NCBI GenBank assembly: GCA_029942125.1
Contig: JAPYUB010000002.1
Location: 1-43,410, forward strand
Direction of reading: 5' to 3'
From: Candidatus Thalassarchaeaceae archaeon
Lineage (GTDB): Archaea > Thermoplasmatota > Poseidoniia > Poseidoniales > Thalassarchaeaceae
Length of the DNA stretch: 43,410 nucleotides
In this document: piece after piece, positions 17,726 to 26,317 of the stretch
How positions within the stretch are numbered: the stretch's first letter is position 1
How the letters are laid out: each line of letters opens with the position of its first letter
Position numbers and translations under genes: made by a program
The notes under the pieces: model-generated
Databases searched by the model: none
Seen by the model: only the letters and a program-made list of their open reading frames with translations
Told to the model about the DNA's origin: nothing

Positions 17726-18240
17726 CAACCCAATAGATTCTCATCGGAAAGTCTCTGCTTCCATCGACGAGCGGCCATTGCGACCAATTTCACATGACGA
17801 GCCTCGGTTGCAATTCCGCGACCATTGCGGAACAACAGCATCTGTATCTCGTGCCGGGTGTCGTTGATCCTTAGGCAATCCAGTTCACTATCCATGGTTG
17901 CTTCTGGGTACAAATCAGGAACTCCTTCGAGGGAAACCCGCGACTCAAAATCAAATGAGGCGACCACAGGCCCGACTTCAAAGGTCATTCCAGATTCAGC
18001 TTCTCCAAGACGCAAGAGTACCTCTTTTGCAGCGAGGTGGGCCATGTCCTGTTTACGACATCCATGAACAATGATTCGGCCATCATTATCGACCAATAGT
18101 GTTGCACGTGGAGCCACTAAAGATAGGGTGACGTATCGTCCACTTCGCTTTCCTCCAATCTCATCGACCACACGTTGAGGGTCTAGAGGTGAAGCAGGGA
18201 TGAATCTGAACAATTGATTCTCAACACGTGCTTCTGTCAT
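17725..18240 (-). CDS. Divergent TBP-fold (TATA-binding-protein-like) protein
   Basis: Two repeat signatures align to archaeal TBP repeats (LLIFSSGK.V.TGAKS....A...L): ATLLVDNDGRIIVHGCRKQDMAHLAAKEVLLRL and IQMLLFRNGRGIATEARHVKLVAMAARRWKQRL. I chose the start at ATG 18240, which forms an ATGA overlap with the upstream stop. The track ORF extends to 18309. Confidence 0.5.
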   Translation of the reverse strand: MTEARVENQLFRFIPASPLDPQRVVDEIGGKRSGRYVTLSLVAPRATLLVDNDGRIIVHGCRKQDMAHLAAKEVLLRLGEAESGMTFEVGPVVASFDFESRVSLEGVPDLYPEATMDSELDCLRINDTRHEIQMLLFRNGRGIATEARHVKLVAMAARRWKQRLSDENLLG

Positions 18241-19055
18241 TCTTCCTCCTCCTCGACATGTTCTGGTAATGGGGAACTTTCCAGCGCTGAATGGATGCTG
18301 GGCATCCAAGCCTGCATGACTGGCACTAGGAGCACAGGTGTGCTCGCATCATCAACCTGCCCCCCGTAAAGCGTTCCCAATGCACCACGAAGACGGGAAG
18401 CCAAACGCAAATCTCTGCGTGATTGCAACTCAGTTGAAAGAACCGATTCCGAGCGATTCCACCAAGCGGCAGCTAATGCGCTGGCTTGTGCCAAACCATG
18501 GGCTTTTGCATCATCACGCACCGATTTTGGAGGAGTAGTACAACGCATGGCTTCACGTAGCATACGCTTCCAAATTCTACCACTGAAAATAGAACGTGCC
18601 AAATGGCGTAGACGAACCATTTCATCTGCGCAATCTTCGACCCATTGGGTCCATTCTTCATCTTCGGGCTCAACGAAGAATACCGGTCTGCTTCCAGTTC
18701 CTGACGGGCTCTCGGCGGCTTGAAACAGACGACGAGGTTCTGGGTCTGGGAAGCGACAGGTCTGGATTGAGTCAATCGATGAATGACCGAGCATCATTCG
18801 GGCCAAGGTACCGCCACTTGAAGCGATGGAATCACGATTAATGCCAGGGGATGCCTTCTCTTGTTCTGCTTGATCATCCCAGATTTCGGATTCATCATCA
18901 GGAAGAAGGAACGCCAAACCATGCCAGTCACCTGTAGTTCGACGAAGTGAATCAGTCAGAACGACATTCGGTAAGAAGGGCCACAAACGGATGATGCCAC
19001 CGCAGGGGTCCTCCCATTCAATTGGCGACCAGCTCAAGGGCGCCGAATCGGTCAT
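18237..19055 (-). CDS. Hypothetical protein (acidic C-terminus EEEEE)
   Basis: The track ORF (to 19172) overlaps the end of the giant gene. I placed the start at ATG 19055 (MTDSAPLSW...), which follows GAGGT and lies 8 nt after the giant gene's TGA. I recognise no motifs. Confidence 0.5.
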   Translation of the reverse strand: MTDSAPLSWSPIEWEDPCGGIIRLWPFLPNVVLTDSLRRTTGDWHGLAFLLPDDESEIWDDQAEQEKASPGINRDSIASSGGTLARMMLGHSSIDSIQTCRFPDPEPRRLFQAAESPSGTGSRPVFFVEPEDEEWTQWVEDCADEMVRLRHLARSIFSGRIWKRMLREAMRCTTPPKSVRDDAKAHGLAQASALAAAWWNRSESVLSTELQSRRDLRLASRLRGALGTLYGGQVDDASTPVLLVPVMQAWMPSIHSALESSPLPEHVEEEEE

Positions 19056-19065
19056 CGGTTCAACC

Positions 19066-22000
19066 TCATTCTTGACTAGCGAGCCAATCTTCAAGTTGCT
19101 GTACATTCCAACCTTGATCGAAGTAGCCTTGTATTGTGGCTTCATCCCAGAAGGGGAACTTCTCCTTTGCAATATCCATCGGACTCTGTGCTACAACGGC
19201 GGCGGCTGGCGGAGCTCTAGAAGCACCAGGTGGGCCTCTTCGGTCGCCAGCTCGAGTGGCTGGAGGACCGCGACTTTGCATCGGTTCGACCGCTTGTCCA
19301 GTTGGCAGGAAATCATCCTCTTCGATGTATTCTAGTTCATCGTCCTCAACGGTTCGATTGAGTACGAGAATAACGACTACAATGGCGACAATCAGCAGAG
19401 CAACGACGCCGGCGAGGCCGACCATCATCATGGTGTTTCCACCTTCTTCATCCTCGACGTATTTTGCCACATTGAAGGCTGGAATACTCGCAATTTCATC
19501 ATCGTTCATATCCAATATGACGTAACTGACATTGGTTGCAGGATTCGGGAATTGTTCCATCTCAATTCGCCATCTCGCATCCTCTTCCGGTTGAACACTG
19601 AATGGACAGATGTAACTGACTGGAGAACTGGCTTCACCACTAATCCACGTTACAATTTGAATCTCAAGAGTGCCTTCCTTATTCCCATCATTCTGGAAAT
19701 CTACCAAGAGATCAAAATCACTCTCAGCCATCGGTCTAGCAACGGACATGTCGACACGTGTAACAGTGAATTGTGCAGATTCGTAAGCCAAATCGTATGT
19801 TCCAGCACCACTGTTCAGTGAATTACCGAAGGAGCCCGCACCATTGATGGTCTGACCCGCAGAATCATGGCCAGTCAACCAGAACTTAACAATCACGTTT
19901 TCCATGTCGCCGGGGACAGGTTGCGTTGAATCCCATAGATCAAAACAAGTCGATGTTGCACGGATTCGGCCTTGAGATGATTCAAGGAACAATGGGGTAC
20001 TCTCCCATCCCTGTCCATCGTCGAATACATTCAGATATTCGGTCCAATTGTACTCGAATCCACCTACTTCCTGAGTCTTGTAGAACATCCAGTTCAAGGA
20101 TACTGAAGTGGTGTCCATACCTTGTAATTCGTCGATAAGAATCTCGGCGTTAAGACAACCCATGACAGATGAAGAGATACTCCCTTCAATGGTCTCACCC
20201 GATACAGAATTGGACAGGTCCCACGATCCGAATACAGCATCTGGCCTGTCACCATCAACCTTGATGATAAATGAGCGCGAAGGTGCGGGTGTATTGTCAA
20301 CAGCACCATTGGGTAAACCGAGTAATTCCAAAGTGTAACTATACTCATTTGTGGATGATGCAGCGGAAACCACCAATTGGAAGGAACCGTTCTCAAAGTC
20401 ATATTCATTCACATCAACGAGGGCGGGAGAATAGCCACTATCCGGTAATCCTGCAGGATAAAGTGGTGTTCTGGTCACACGTAGCATTAATGTAATCTCT
20501 GGACTGACGAAAATCAAATCGTTCATCCCTGCGCTGAATACATATCTGCCTTCGATAACCAAGATGTCGCCTTGATAGACAAAACCACCTGATGATGTGC
20601 CGACACCATCTGTTGAGAAGCCTGAGGTGTCGTCAACTGAGAAGGTCGTCGTATCCAGTTCAATTCCACTAGAGTAGGACCAACGTTGCGGGTTTCGAGA
20701 CGCACTGATGTGAACTTCGTTGTTGTTCAGATCCTTGTCCTTCATTCCTATATCTGGAGTCTTCACGCCACCTACATACGACAACGGAACCGACCATTCC
20801 ATTCGAATTGGAACGTCAAGTGTGAATTGTTGTTCGAACGGCGAAATCAACACGTTTCCTTCGCGAGTGAGCATACGAGGCTTGATGCCTGTGTTTTCGT
20901 AATCGTCGAGAATCTCAATCCAAGTACTGTCAGTCCAAGCCGTATCATTCTGAGGAGAGTAAATAATCTCTATACAGCCGTCTGGGTCGTAGGTCTGAGT
21001 CATAGCAGGATTGCAGATTGACGGGTTCATCGTGATTCGGATTGTCTCAATGTCTTGCCAACCGTTGTCATCCTTTCCATCAACCAACAAGTGGTAGATG
21101 TTACCGGCATAGATGGAACGATTGTTTTCATTCAACATCGTGCCATGAGAATCCGAAATGTGGAAGGCCTCGACCAATGGTGTGCGGCTTTCCATGGCAA
21201 TGTATGTGACCATGTCCTCGTGGATTCCAGCCCCACCACCATCAATCTGGTTGCCGCCAATGTCTGAACCAGAGACAAACAAACTGACCATTTGGGGTGG
21301 GTCGATACCGCTGTTCGCATAATCACTGATGCACTCACACGGGTGGTCGATGAGATAGTACGACGTATCAGATTCCGTCTGACGAGTGATGTCAATCTGA
21401 GAATATTCATTCAGTTGTGCTTCTCGATCCATTTCACCCGTATCGGGGCTCACGTAAGTCGGGACGCCAGGACAGAGGCCATCAAGACCACAATCATCGG
21501 AGGCCTCGACCCAATAATTGAGGGTCAATGTCTCTGGTGCCACAGGCAGGTCCTGTGCTGCAATTCTGAACTTCTGATTATTGCTTGCCCTTACCCAAGT
21601 ATCGTCAGTGAGGTCACGCCAATCTCCTTGCACGCTGAACACAGATATGTTCAGCATATGTGGTGCGAAAGGATCGAGAGTGATTGTAAATCGAATTGCG
21701 CAATCACTGTCCGGGTTGAAACTTGCAGGTGGGCACAAATAATCTCCATCGGTATAGTTGGAGATGAGCAATCGATACTGCTCAACCCCAGCCTCAGATG
21801 CAGGCAAGTTGGGTTGCCATGAATAATCGCCATCGATTGAAGCGGGTGTGGAATCAACAAACAACCAATCCTCAAACGTGAGTTCAGATTGGTTGCGTTT
21901 CTCCAACTTAACCATGTAACTGTTAGGGTTGGGTGCGATATCCAAATCTTCGTAACGAATGTTGAAATCAAGTGTAATCGTGTTGCTTGAGAATGCATTG

Positions 22001-24957
22001 TTCAAATCGATCTGTTCAACACCACCATGATTGAATAGATGGAAATCGGTCATTCCTGCGTCATTCTCAACAGCATTACCGTAATCGGGCGCAATCAGAT
22101 TACCTGCTGGCAGACCGCTTACCCCTGTGTTGGATATCACGGCTGCGTATAGGCGCACATTGGGCGTGTCATCCCATGTGGGGTTGACGCGGAAGCGCCA
22201 GTTGAGTTGCTTTCCACCAGACGAAGCGTCGGTGGCCAAAGATTGTAAGGACATGAAATCGATATTGTCGTCGGGGTCACTCTCTTCCCAGAAACTGCCG
22301 TTTGATAAGTCCCATCGCAACTCCATGTTTCCGTTGGCCGTCTCAAACAGAAGGCTTGCTCCACCCAAGGTCTGACCAGTGGATGCATCAACATCGTGTG
22401 TGGTCACAATCTCAATGATGTCACCATTAGGATACATACCTGTGATACCACCATCATCGTACGTTGAATCATAACCACTCGTCGTTGAGATTGAAAGCGA
22501 AGACAGCGAGATTGAACCGCCGGAACCTCCAATGATTCTCATCGGGACAATCACATTTCCAGTAGCACCACCGCTGCTTGCCAAAGCAACACCTTGGTTG
22601 AGCTCGCGTGCGATGTTGTTGGAGCTGCTGATTGCACGTTCCCAGTCATAGATGATGTCGATATCACGGAATGTGATGCTCGCACCAGAAGTGGACATGG
22701 TAGCATCGATACTAAGTCGGAACAAGCACCATTCGTTGCCGTATCCATCCACCCAAGCAACAGGCACCAAGGGATTGTCTAACAGGCTCTGTACGCTGTC
22801 GTGAATGGATGTCAAAGGACTCTGCGGGTATGGAATGAGGGTAGGTCCCTCATCGATTGTACCAAGGCTGACCTCTTCGGTTCCACTGATAAGTGACAAA
22901 TCAAATTCGCCGATTCCGTTGTTCTCAAAATTCAACTCCGCGTAACTCAAAATAGCGCCTTTCGGCAGAAGGAACGGTGCGCCCTCTCCGTGGAGACTGA
23001 TGTCCAGAGAAATGGTACGTGAAGGAGATCCTTCATTCACGCCATTGACGACACCAGTGCGGAACATGTCCTGACGACCGAAGCGGCCGAAGCCTGGATC
23101 GGTCATCCCCCATTCGATATCACTATCCGCGGCAACATCGAGAGTGATGCCCCGCGAATGGTGGGCAAAGCGATATTCGACGTGGAATGATGAAACCTCA
23201 CACATCGAAGTGTAATTTGCCAACACACCTAACGTGAAACTCGGAGCTGTGAGTTCGGTCCACTGATTGTTGGTCAGTTGAATCGCGGATTGATCTGAAT
23301 TCAAACTCATGCCCATGATAAAATTGGGGCCACCACAATTGTCCACGATTATTGGCTTCATGGCGATAACAGGCATTGAGAAATCAGAACGTACGACTGG
23401 GGTCGAGGACGAAGGATCTTGGATTGTGGATGATATCATTACAGTCGAGCCTTCGCCCATGGCTGAGGTCCATTTGTCACCACTGTATATTCCACCATCC
23501 CAGTATACACCCTCAGTATTATTGAAATTAGTACCAATGATGGTACCCAATTGGAATCCATACAAAATAGGCGTCGAAAGTCTGGCTGAACCAGAACCAA
23601 ATGTGAATTTGAAATCGATTAGAGGGTACGTATCTGCATTGATATCCCACAATTCTATGAGGCTACCTTGAAGATTCGACATCGAGTTTCCATTTCTATC
23701 AATGACGATGTTGCCTGTTGATGCATCGATAACATCAACGCCGAAATCAGCAGATGCGGATTTGCGCAGTTCAAGATTTAGAAGGCCGTAGCCATCAGGA
23801 AATCCAGCTTGACCCGAAGATTGTGGTGCGAACGAACTCAATACGACATCACTCTGAGCAGGCAGCGGGTCACCGACACGAACACCATCGATATACCAAC
23901 CAGCATTAAAGAACTCCTCAGGGAATGCACCCTGTCGTGGATTGACTTCGTGGACGAACAAGAGTTTGACGTATCTACCTGCATGCGTAGAAAGGTCGAT
24001 TCGAATATCCGACCATCCATTCGGGGAGTTCGAGGTTGTTGTTCCATTTCCAGCAAGGACGTAATCACCGAGGCTAGGACCATTGGCCCCAAGGTAATCG
24101 CACTTCCCCGAGGGAACTTGGTTTACCGACGAACCCAATTGATACAGACCATCACCCGCAGAGATTCCAGTAGTTGCACCGATATCGAAGGGAGTGAAAA
24201 CTGCATTCTGGAAATCGGCATTGTTTGTAGAATTCTGTACGGCGACATAGGCACAATCATCGTAGTAGTACGTCGATGAACCTGATGATGCTTCCCGATA
24301 GAACATCGAATGGAAACTTTGGAAGGAAAGATCTGCTTTTCCAGGGTGAACAAAAAAGGAGGCACTGGTGAGAACCATGTTGTGTTCTCCATCGGGTAGA
24401 TTAGCGGTATAATCTGGATTTTCAAAATCCGTTCCCCAGCACCAATCACCGACACCACAACCTAGTCCAGGTAGGACGTTATTATCTTGGTGTGAATGCC
24501 CCCAATTGGCCACCAACGGAGGAATACCTTGTTCTGGACCGGCAGACCAGCCCTCGGGATTGGCTTCAAAATCAGCGTTGTAACCTTGACTAGTAAGTTT
24601 CAGATATTCTTCGTTTACCGTGAAATCAATGCTGGAAGAGAATTGAGTCATTCCGCCGTTGTAAATAGGATTCCAGATTTCCCCATTGGCGACAAGAGAA
24701 CTGTCAATGGTTTGAACATCATCATGCTCAGCATAATCTGTTCCGACTATGAACCCTGCTGCATTGACTGTTTCACCGGCTGGCATGCTGATGCCAGCCG
24801 TCAAATCATCGCCCCAAATTCCTTGATTACGTAGTTCGACATCCACTTCGGAATTACCATTGGCGAATGTGCTGATCGTAGCAGCATGAACCATGGTGGT
24901 CGAGAATAACATCAAGCAAATCATGGCCAGCGATAACGTACGCGTTCGGGTTGTCAT
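19066..24957 (-). CDS. Giant secreted, C-terminally membrane-anchored surface protein (1963 aa)
   Basis: The N-terminal signal-like sequence is MTTRTRTLSLAMICLMLFSTTMVHAAT. It is followed by ~1800 aa of Asn/Ser/Thr/Gly/Asp-rich, beta-rich-looking sequence. A single TM helix (MMMVGLAGVVALLIVAIVVVILVL) lies near the C-terminus, then a ~100-aa charged and Pro-rich cytoplasmic tail. Confidence 0.85.
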   Translation of the reverse strand: MTTRTRTLSLAMICLMLFSTTMVHAATISTFANGNSEVDVELRNQGIWGDDLTAGISMPAGETVNAAGFIVGTDYAEHDDVQTIDSSLVANGEIWNPIYNGGMTQFSSSIDFTVNEEYLKLTSQGYNADFEANPEGWSAGPEQGIPPLVANWGHSHQDNNVLPGLGCGVGDWCWGTDFENPDYTANLPDGEHNMVLTSASFFVHPGKADLSFQSFHSMFYREASSGSSTYYYDDCAYVAVQNSTNNADFQNAVFTPFDIGATTGISAGDGLYQLGSSVNQVPSGKCDYLGANGPSLGDYVLAGNGTTTSNSPNGWSDIRIDLSTHAGRYVKLLFVHEVNPRQGAFPEEFFNAGWYIDGVRVGDPLPAQSDVVLSSFAPQSSGQAGFPDGYGLLNLELRKSASADFGVDVIDASTGNIVIDRNGNSMSNLQGSLIELWDINADTYPLIDFKFTFGSGSARLSTPILYGFQLGTIIGTNFNNTEGVYWDGGIYSGDKWTSAMGEGSTVMISSTIQDPSSSTPVVRSDFSMPVIAMKPIIVDNCGGPNFIMGMSLNSDQSAIQLTNNQWTELTAPSFTLGVLANYTSMCEVSSFHVEYRFAHHSRGITLDVAADSDIEWGMTDPGFGRFGRQDMFRTGVVNGVNEGSPSRTISLDISLHGEGAPFLLPKGAILSYAELNFENNGIGEFDLSLISGTEEVSLGTIDEGPTLIPYPQSPLTSIHDSVQSLLDNPLVPVAWVDGYGNEWCLFRLSIDATMSTSGASITFRDIDIIYDWERAISSSNNIARELNQGVALASSGGATGNVIVPMRIIGGSGGSISLSSLSISTTSGYDSTYDDGGITGMYPNGDIIEIVTTHDVDASTGQTLGGASLLFETANGNMELRWDLSNGSFWEESDPDDNIDFMSLQSLATDASSGGKQLNWRFRVNPTWDDTPNVRLYAAVISNTGVSGLPAGNLIAPDYGNAVENDAGMTDFHLFNHGGVEQIDLNNAFSSNTITLDFNIRYEDLDIAPNPNSYMVKLEKRNQSELTFEDWLFVDSTPASIDGDYSWQPNLPASEAGVEQYRLLISNYTDGDYLCPPASFNPDSDCAIRFTITLDPFAPHMLNISVFSVQGDWRDLTDDTWVRASNNQKFRIAAQDLPVAPETLTLNYWVEASDDCGLDGLCPGVPTYVSPDTGEMDREAQLNEYSQIDITRQTESDTSYYLIDHPCECISDYANSGIDPPQMVSLFVSGSDIGGNQIDGGGAGIHEDMVTYIAMESRTPLVEAFHISDSHGTMLNENNRSIYAGNIYHLLVDGKDDNGWQDIETIRITMNPSICNPAMTQTYDPDGCIEIIYSPQNDTAWTDSTWIEILDDYENTGIKPRMLTREGNVLISPFEQQFTLDVPIRMEWSVPLSYVGGVKTPDIGMKDKDLNNNEVHISASRNPQRWSYSSGIELDTTTFSVDDTSGFSTDGVGTSSGGFVYQGDILVIEGRYVFSAGMNDLIFVSPEITLMLRVTRTPLYPAGLPDSGYSPALVDVNEYDFENGSFQLVVSAASSTNEYSYTLELLGLPNGAVDNTPAPSRSFIIKVDGDRPDAVFGSWDLSNSVSGETIEGSISSSVMGCLNAEILIDELQGMDTTSVSLNWMFYKTQEVGGFEYNWTEYLNVFDDGQGWESTPLFLESSQGRIRATSTCFDLWDSTQPVPGDMENVIVKFWLTGHDSAGQTINGAGSFGNSLNSGAGTYDLAYESAQFTVTRVDMSVARPMAESDFDLLVDFQNDGNKEGTLEIQIVTWISGEASSPVSYICPFSVQPEEDARWRIEMEQFPNPATNVSYVILDMNDDEIASIPAFNVAKYVEDEEGGNTMMMVGLAGVVALLIVAIVVVILVLNRTVEDDELEYIEEDDFLPTGQAVEPMQSRGPPATRAGDRRGPPGASRAPPAAAVVAQSPMDIAKEKFPFWDEATIQGYFDQGWNVQQLEDWLASQE

Positions 24958-25039
24958 ATCATGTCACATCCAAGATAAACCACGTAGTGGTTCTAAACTG
25001 GCCACTCAAGGCCCGCATATAACACCCATGATTCGTTGG

Positions 25040-25059
25040 TTGGCCCCGTAGGGGGCCAA
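25040..25059. terminator. Perfect 8-bp GC-rich hairpin just downstream of the ThiI-like stop
   Basis: TTGGCCCC-GTAG-GGGGCCAA, 9 nt after the stop at 25068 on the minus strand. No U-tract follows, so a terminator role is only suggested. Confidence 0.35.
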
Positions 25060-25067
25060 ACAAAGAA

Positions 25068-25733
25068 TTATGCGGAACTCAATGACCTGATTCGCAACGA
25101 TTTGAGGCAATCCTCTACCAATTCATCTAGGCCACCTTGTGCATTCTCGTTTCGGCGTAAACGATTCAGGTCTGCAACCGTAGTTGGCCTATTTGGCCCG
25201 AGGGCATCACACAATTCTGGCCCTGCAGCAATGTCATAGGTTCCCAATTCACGCGCTTCATCGATGATTTCTTGCTTATCCAATCCAAGTAAAGGTCTCA
25301 ATATTCGCAGGCTACTGGCTTCCTCTACTGCACCTAGATTCCCTAGCGTTTGGCTGCTCACTTGACCAAGATTCTCACCAGTGAGTATAGCTGTCGCACC
25401 AACTTCGATTGCAATCGAACTCCCGATGGCATTGAAAAGACGTTTCATGTGAACAAAATAATCCCTATGAGCCGCTGGTTCAGTGAATTTCGCCAGGGTC
25501 TCTCCCACGGTGACAACACGAAGATTTGAGTCAATGGAACCCGAAGATTCTAGATTTTCAATGAGATGTGACAGGCTTGCAGCAGTCTTGTCTTCGGCCT
25601 CAGTACCGGTGATAGGTTCTTGAGAGCAATGAACGGGGACGATGCGCCAACCTGAGCGGGCCATCCGTGAAACGGCGACAGGGGAATCAATCCCACCCGA
25701 AACCAGAGCGATGCAGATGCACTCGTTGGCCAT
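25068..25733 (-). CDS. ThiI-like PP-loop ATP pyrophosphatase domain protein (no THUMP/ferredoxin-like N-domain)
   Basis: The PP-loop is ALVSGGIDSPVA, with ILTGENLGQVSSQTLGNL and RPLLGLDKQEIIDEARELGT as in tRNA 4-thiouridine synthase. It is only 221 aa. Confidence 0.75.
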   Translation of the reverse strand: MANECICIALVSGGIDSPVAVSRMARSGWRIVPVHCSQEPITGTEAEDKTAASLSHLIENLESSGSIDSNLRVVTVGETLAKFTEPAAHRDYFVHMKRLFNAIGSSIAIEVGATAILTGENLGQVSSQTLGNLGAVEEASSLRILRPLLGLDKQEIIDEARELGTYDIAAGPELCDALGPNRPTTVADLNRLRRNENAQGGLDELVEDCLKSLRIRSLSSA

Positions 25734-25832
25734 GATGCTGCGCAGTGTTTGACCCCCATAATGGGATGGGTCGGATAAAACGGGGTGACAGCCTCAAGAG
25801 GGAGTGGCGTCGCCCAAGGTTTGGAGATAGAT

Positions 25833-26294
25833 ATGTCCGGCCCCTACTCGACCGAACCTGTGACCAAAATCGATGAAGTGTTTCCTCAGGATACGAATGC
25901 CTACAATACGCTCTTCGGGGGTCGATTGATGAGCATCATGGATACAGCGGCCGGCATGGTTTCGAGTAAATTCGCACATCGTGAATTCGTGACTGTTTCA
26001 GTGGATGCGTTGAAATTCAGAAGGCCGGCATTTCAAGGCGATCTCATCAAAACCACGGCTCGAGTGGTACACACAAGTACTCACACCGCAGGGGTACACG
26101 TCGTTGCAAAACGATTGGACCGAAGTGAATGGGTGACTGAAGAAATTTGTTCGGGATTTTTCTTCATGGTCGCCATCGATTCTGAAATGAAACCTATTCC
26201 AATCCCACAATTCACTCCAAATGGAGAAGAGGAGCAACGGATGTGGAATTTGGCTCAGGCAGCCAGAGATGCAATGAAATCCGCTGGGCAGTAA
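25833..26294 (+). CDS. Acyl-CoA thioesterase (hotdog fold, YciA/BFIT-like)
   Basis: The motif DTNAYNTLFGGRLMSIMDTAAGMV is typical of acyl-CoA hydrolases. I chose ATG 25833, which has GGAG 6 nt upstream. The track start is GTG 25785. Confidence 0.75.
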   Translation: MSGPYSTEPVTKIDEVFPQDTNAYNTLFGGRLMSIMDTAAGMVSSKFAHREFVTVSVDALKFRRPAFQGDLIKTTARVVHTSTHTAGVHVVAKRLDRSEWVTEEICSGFFFMVAIDSEMKPIPIPQFTPNGEEEQRMWNLAQAARDAMKSAGQ

Positions 26295-26317
26295 TCATCA
26301 ATGGACGGTTGAAGACC

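Noticed and set aside
1854-25059. Recurring CGTAG-centred hairpins (GAACACC-GTA-GGTGTTC at 1854, CCAC-GTA-GTGG at 24981, TTGGCCCC-GTAG-GGGGCCAA at 25040, GACCC-TAC-GGGTC at 16822) as a possible dispersed repeat family.
   Set aside because: The stems share no sequence. The loop motif is on different strands relative to the adjacent genes, and in one case it is simply the TAG stop codon. This is most likely coincidence.
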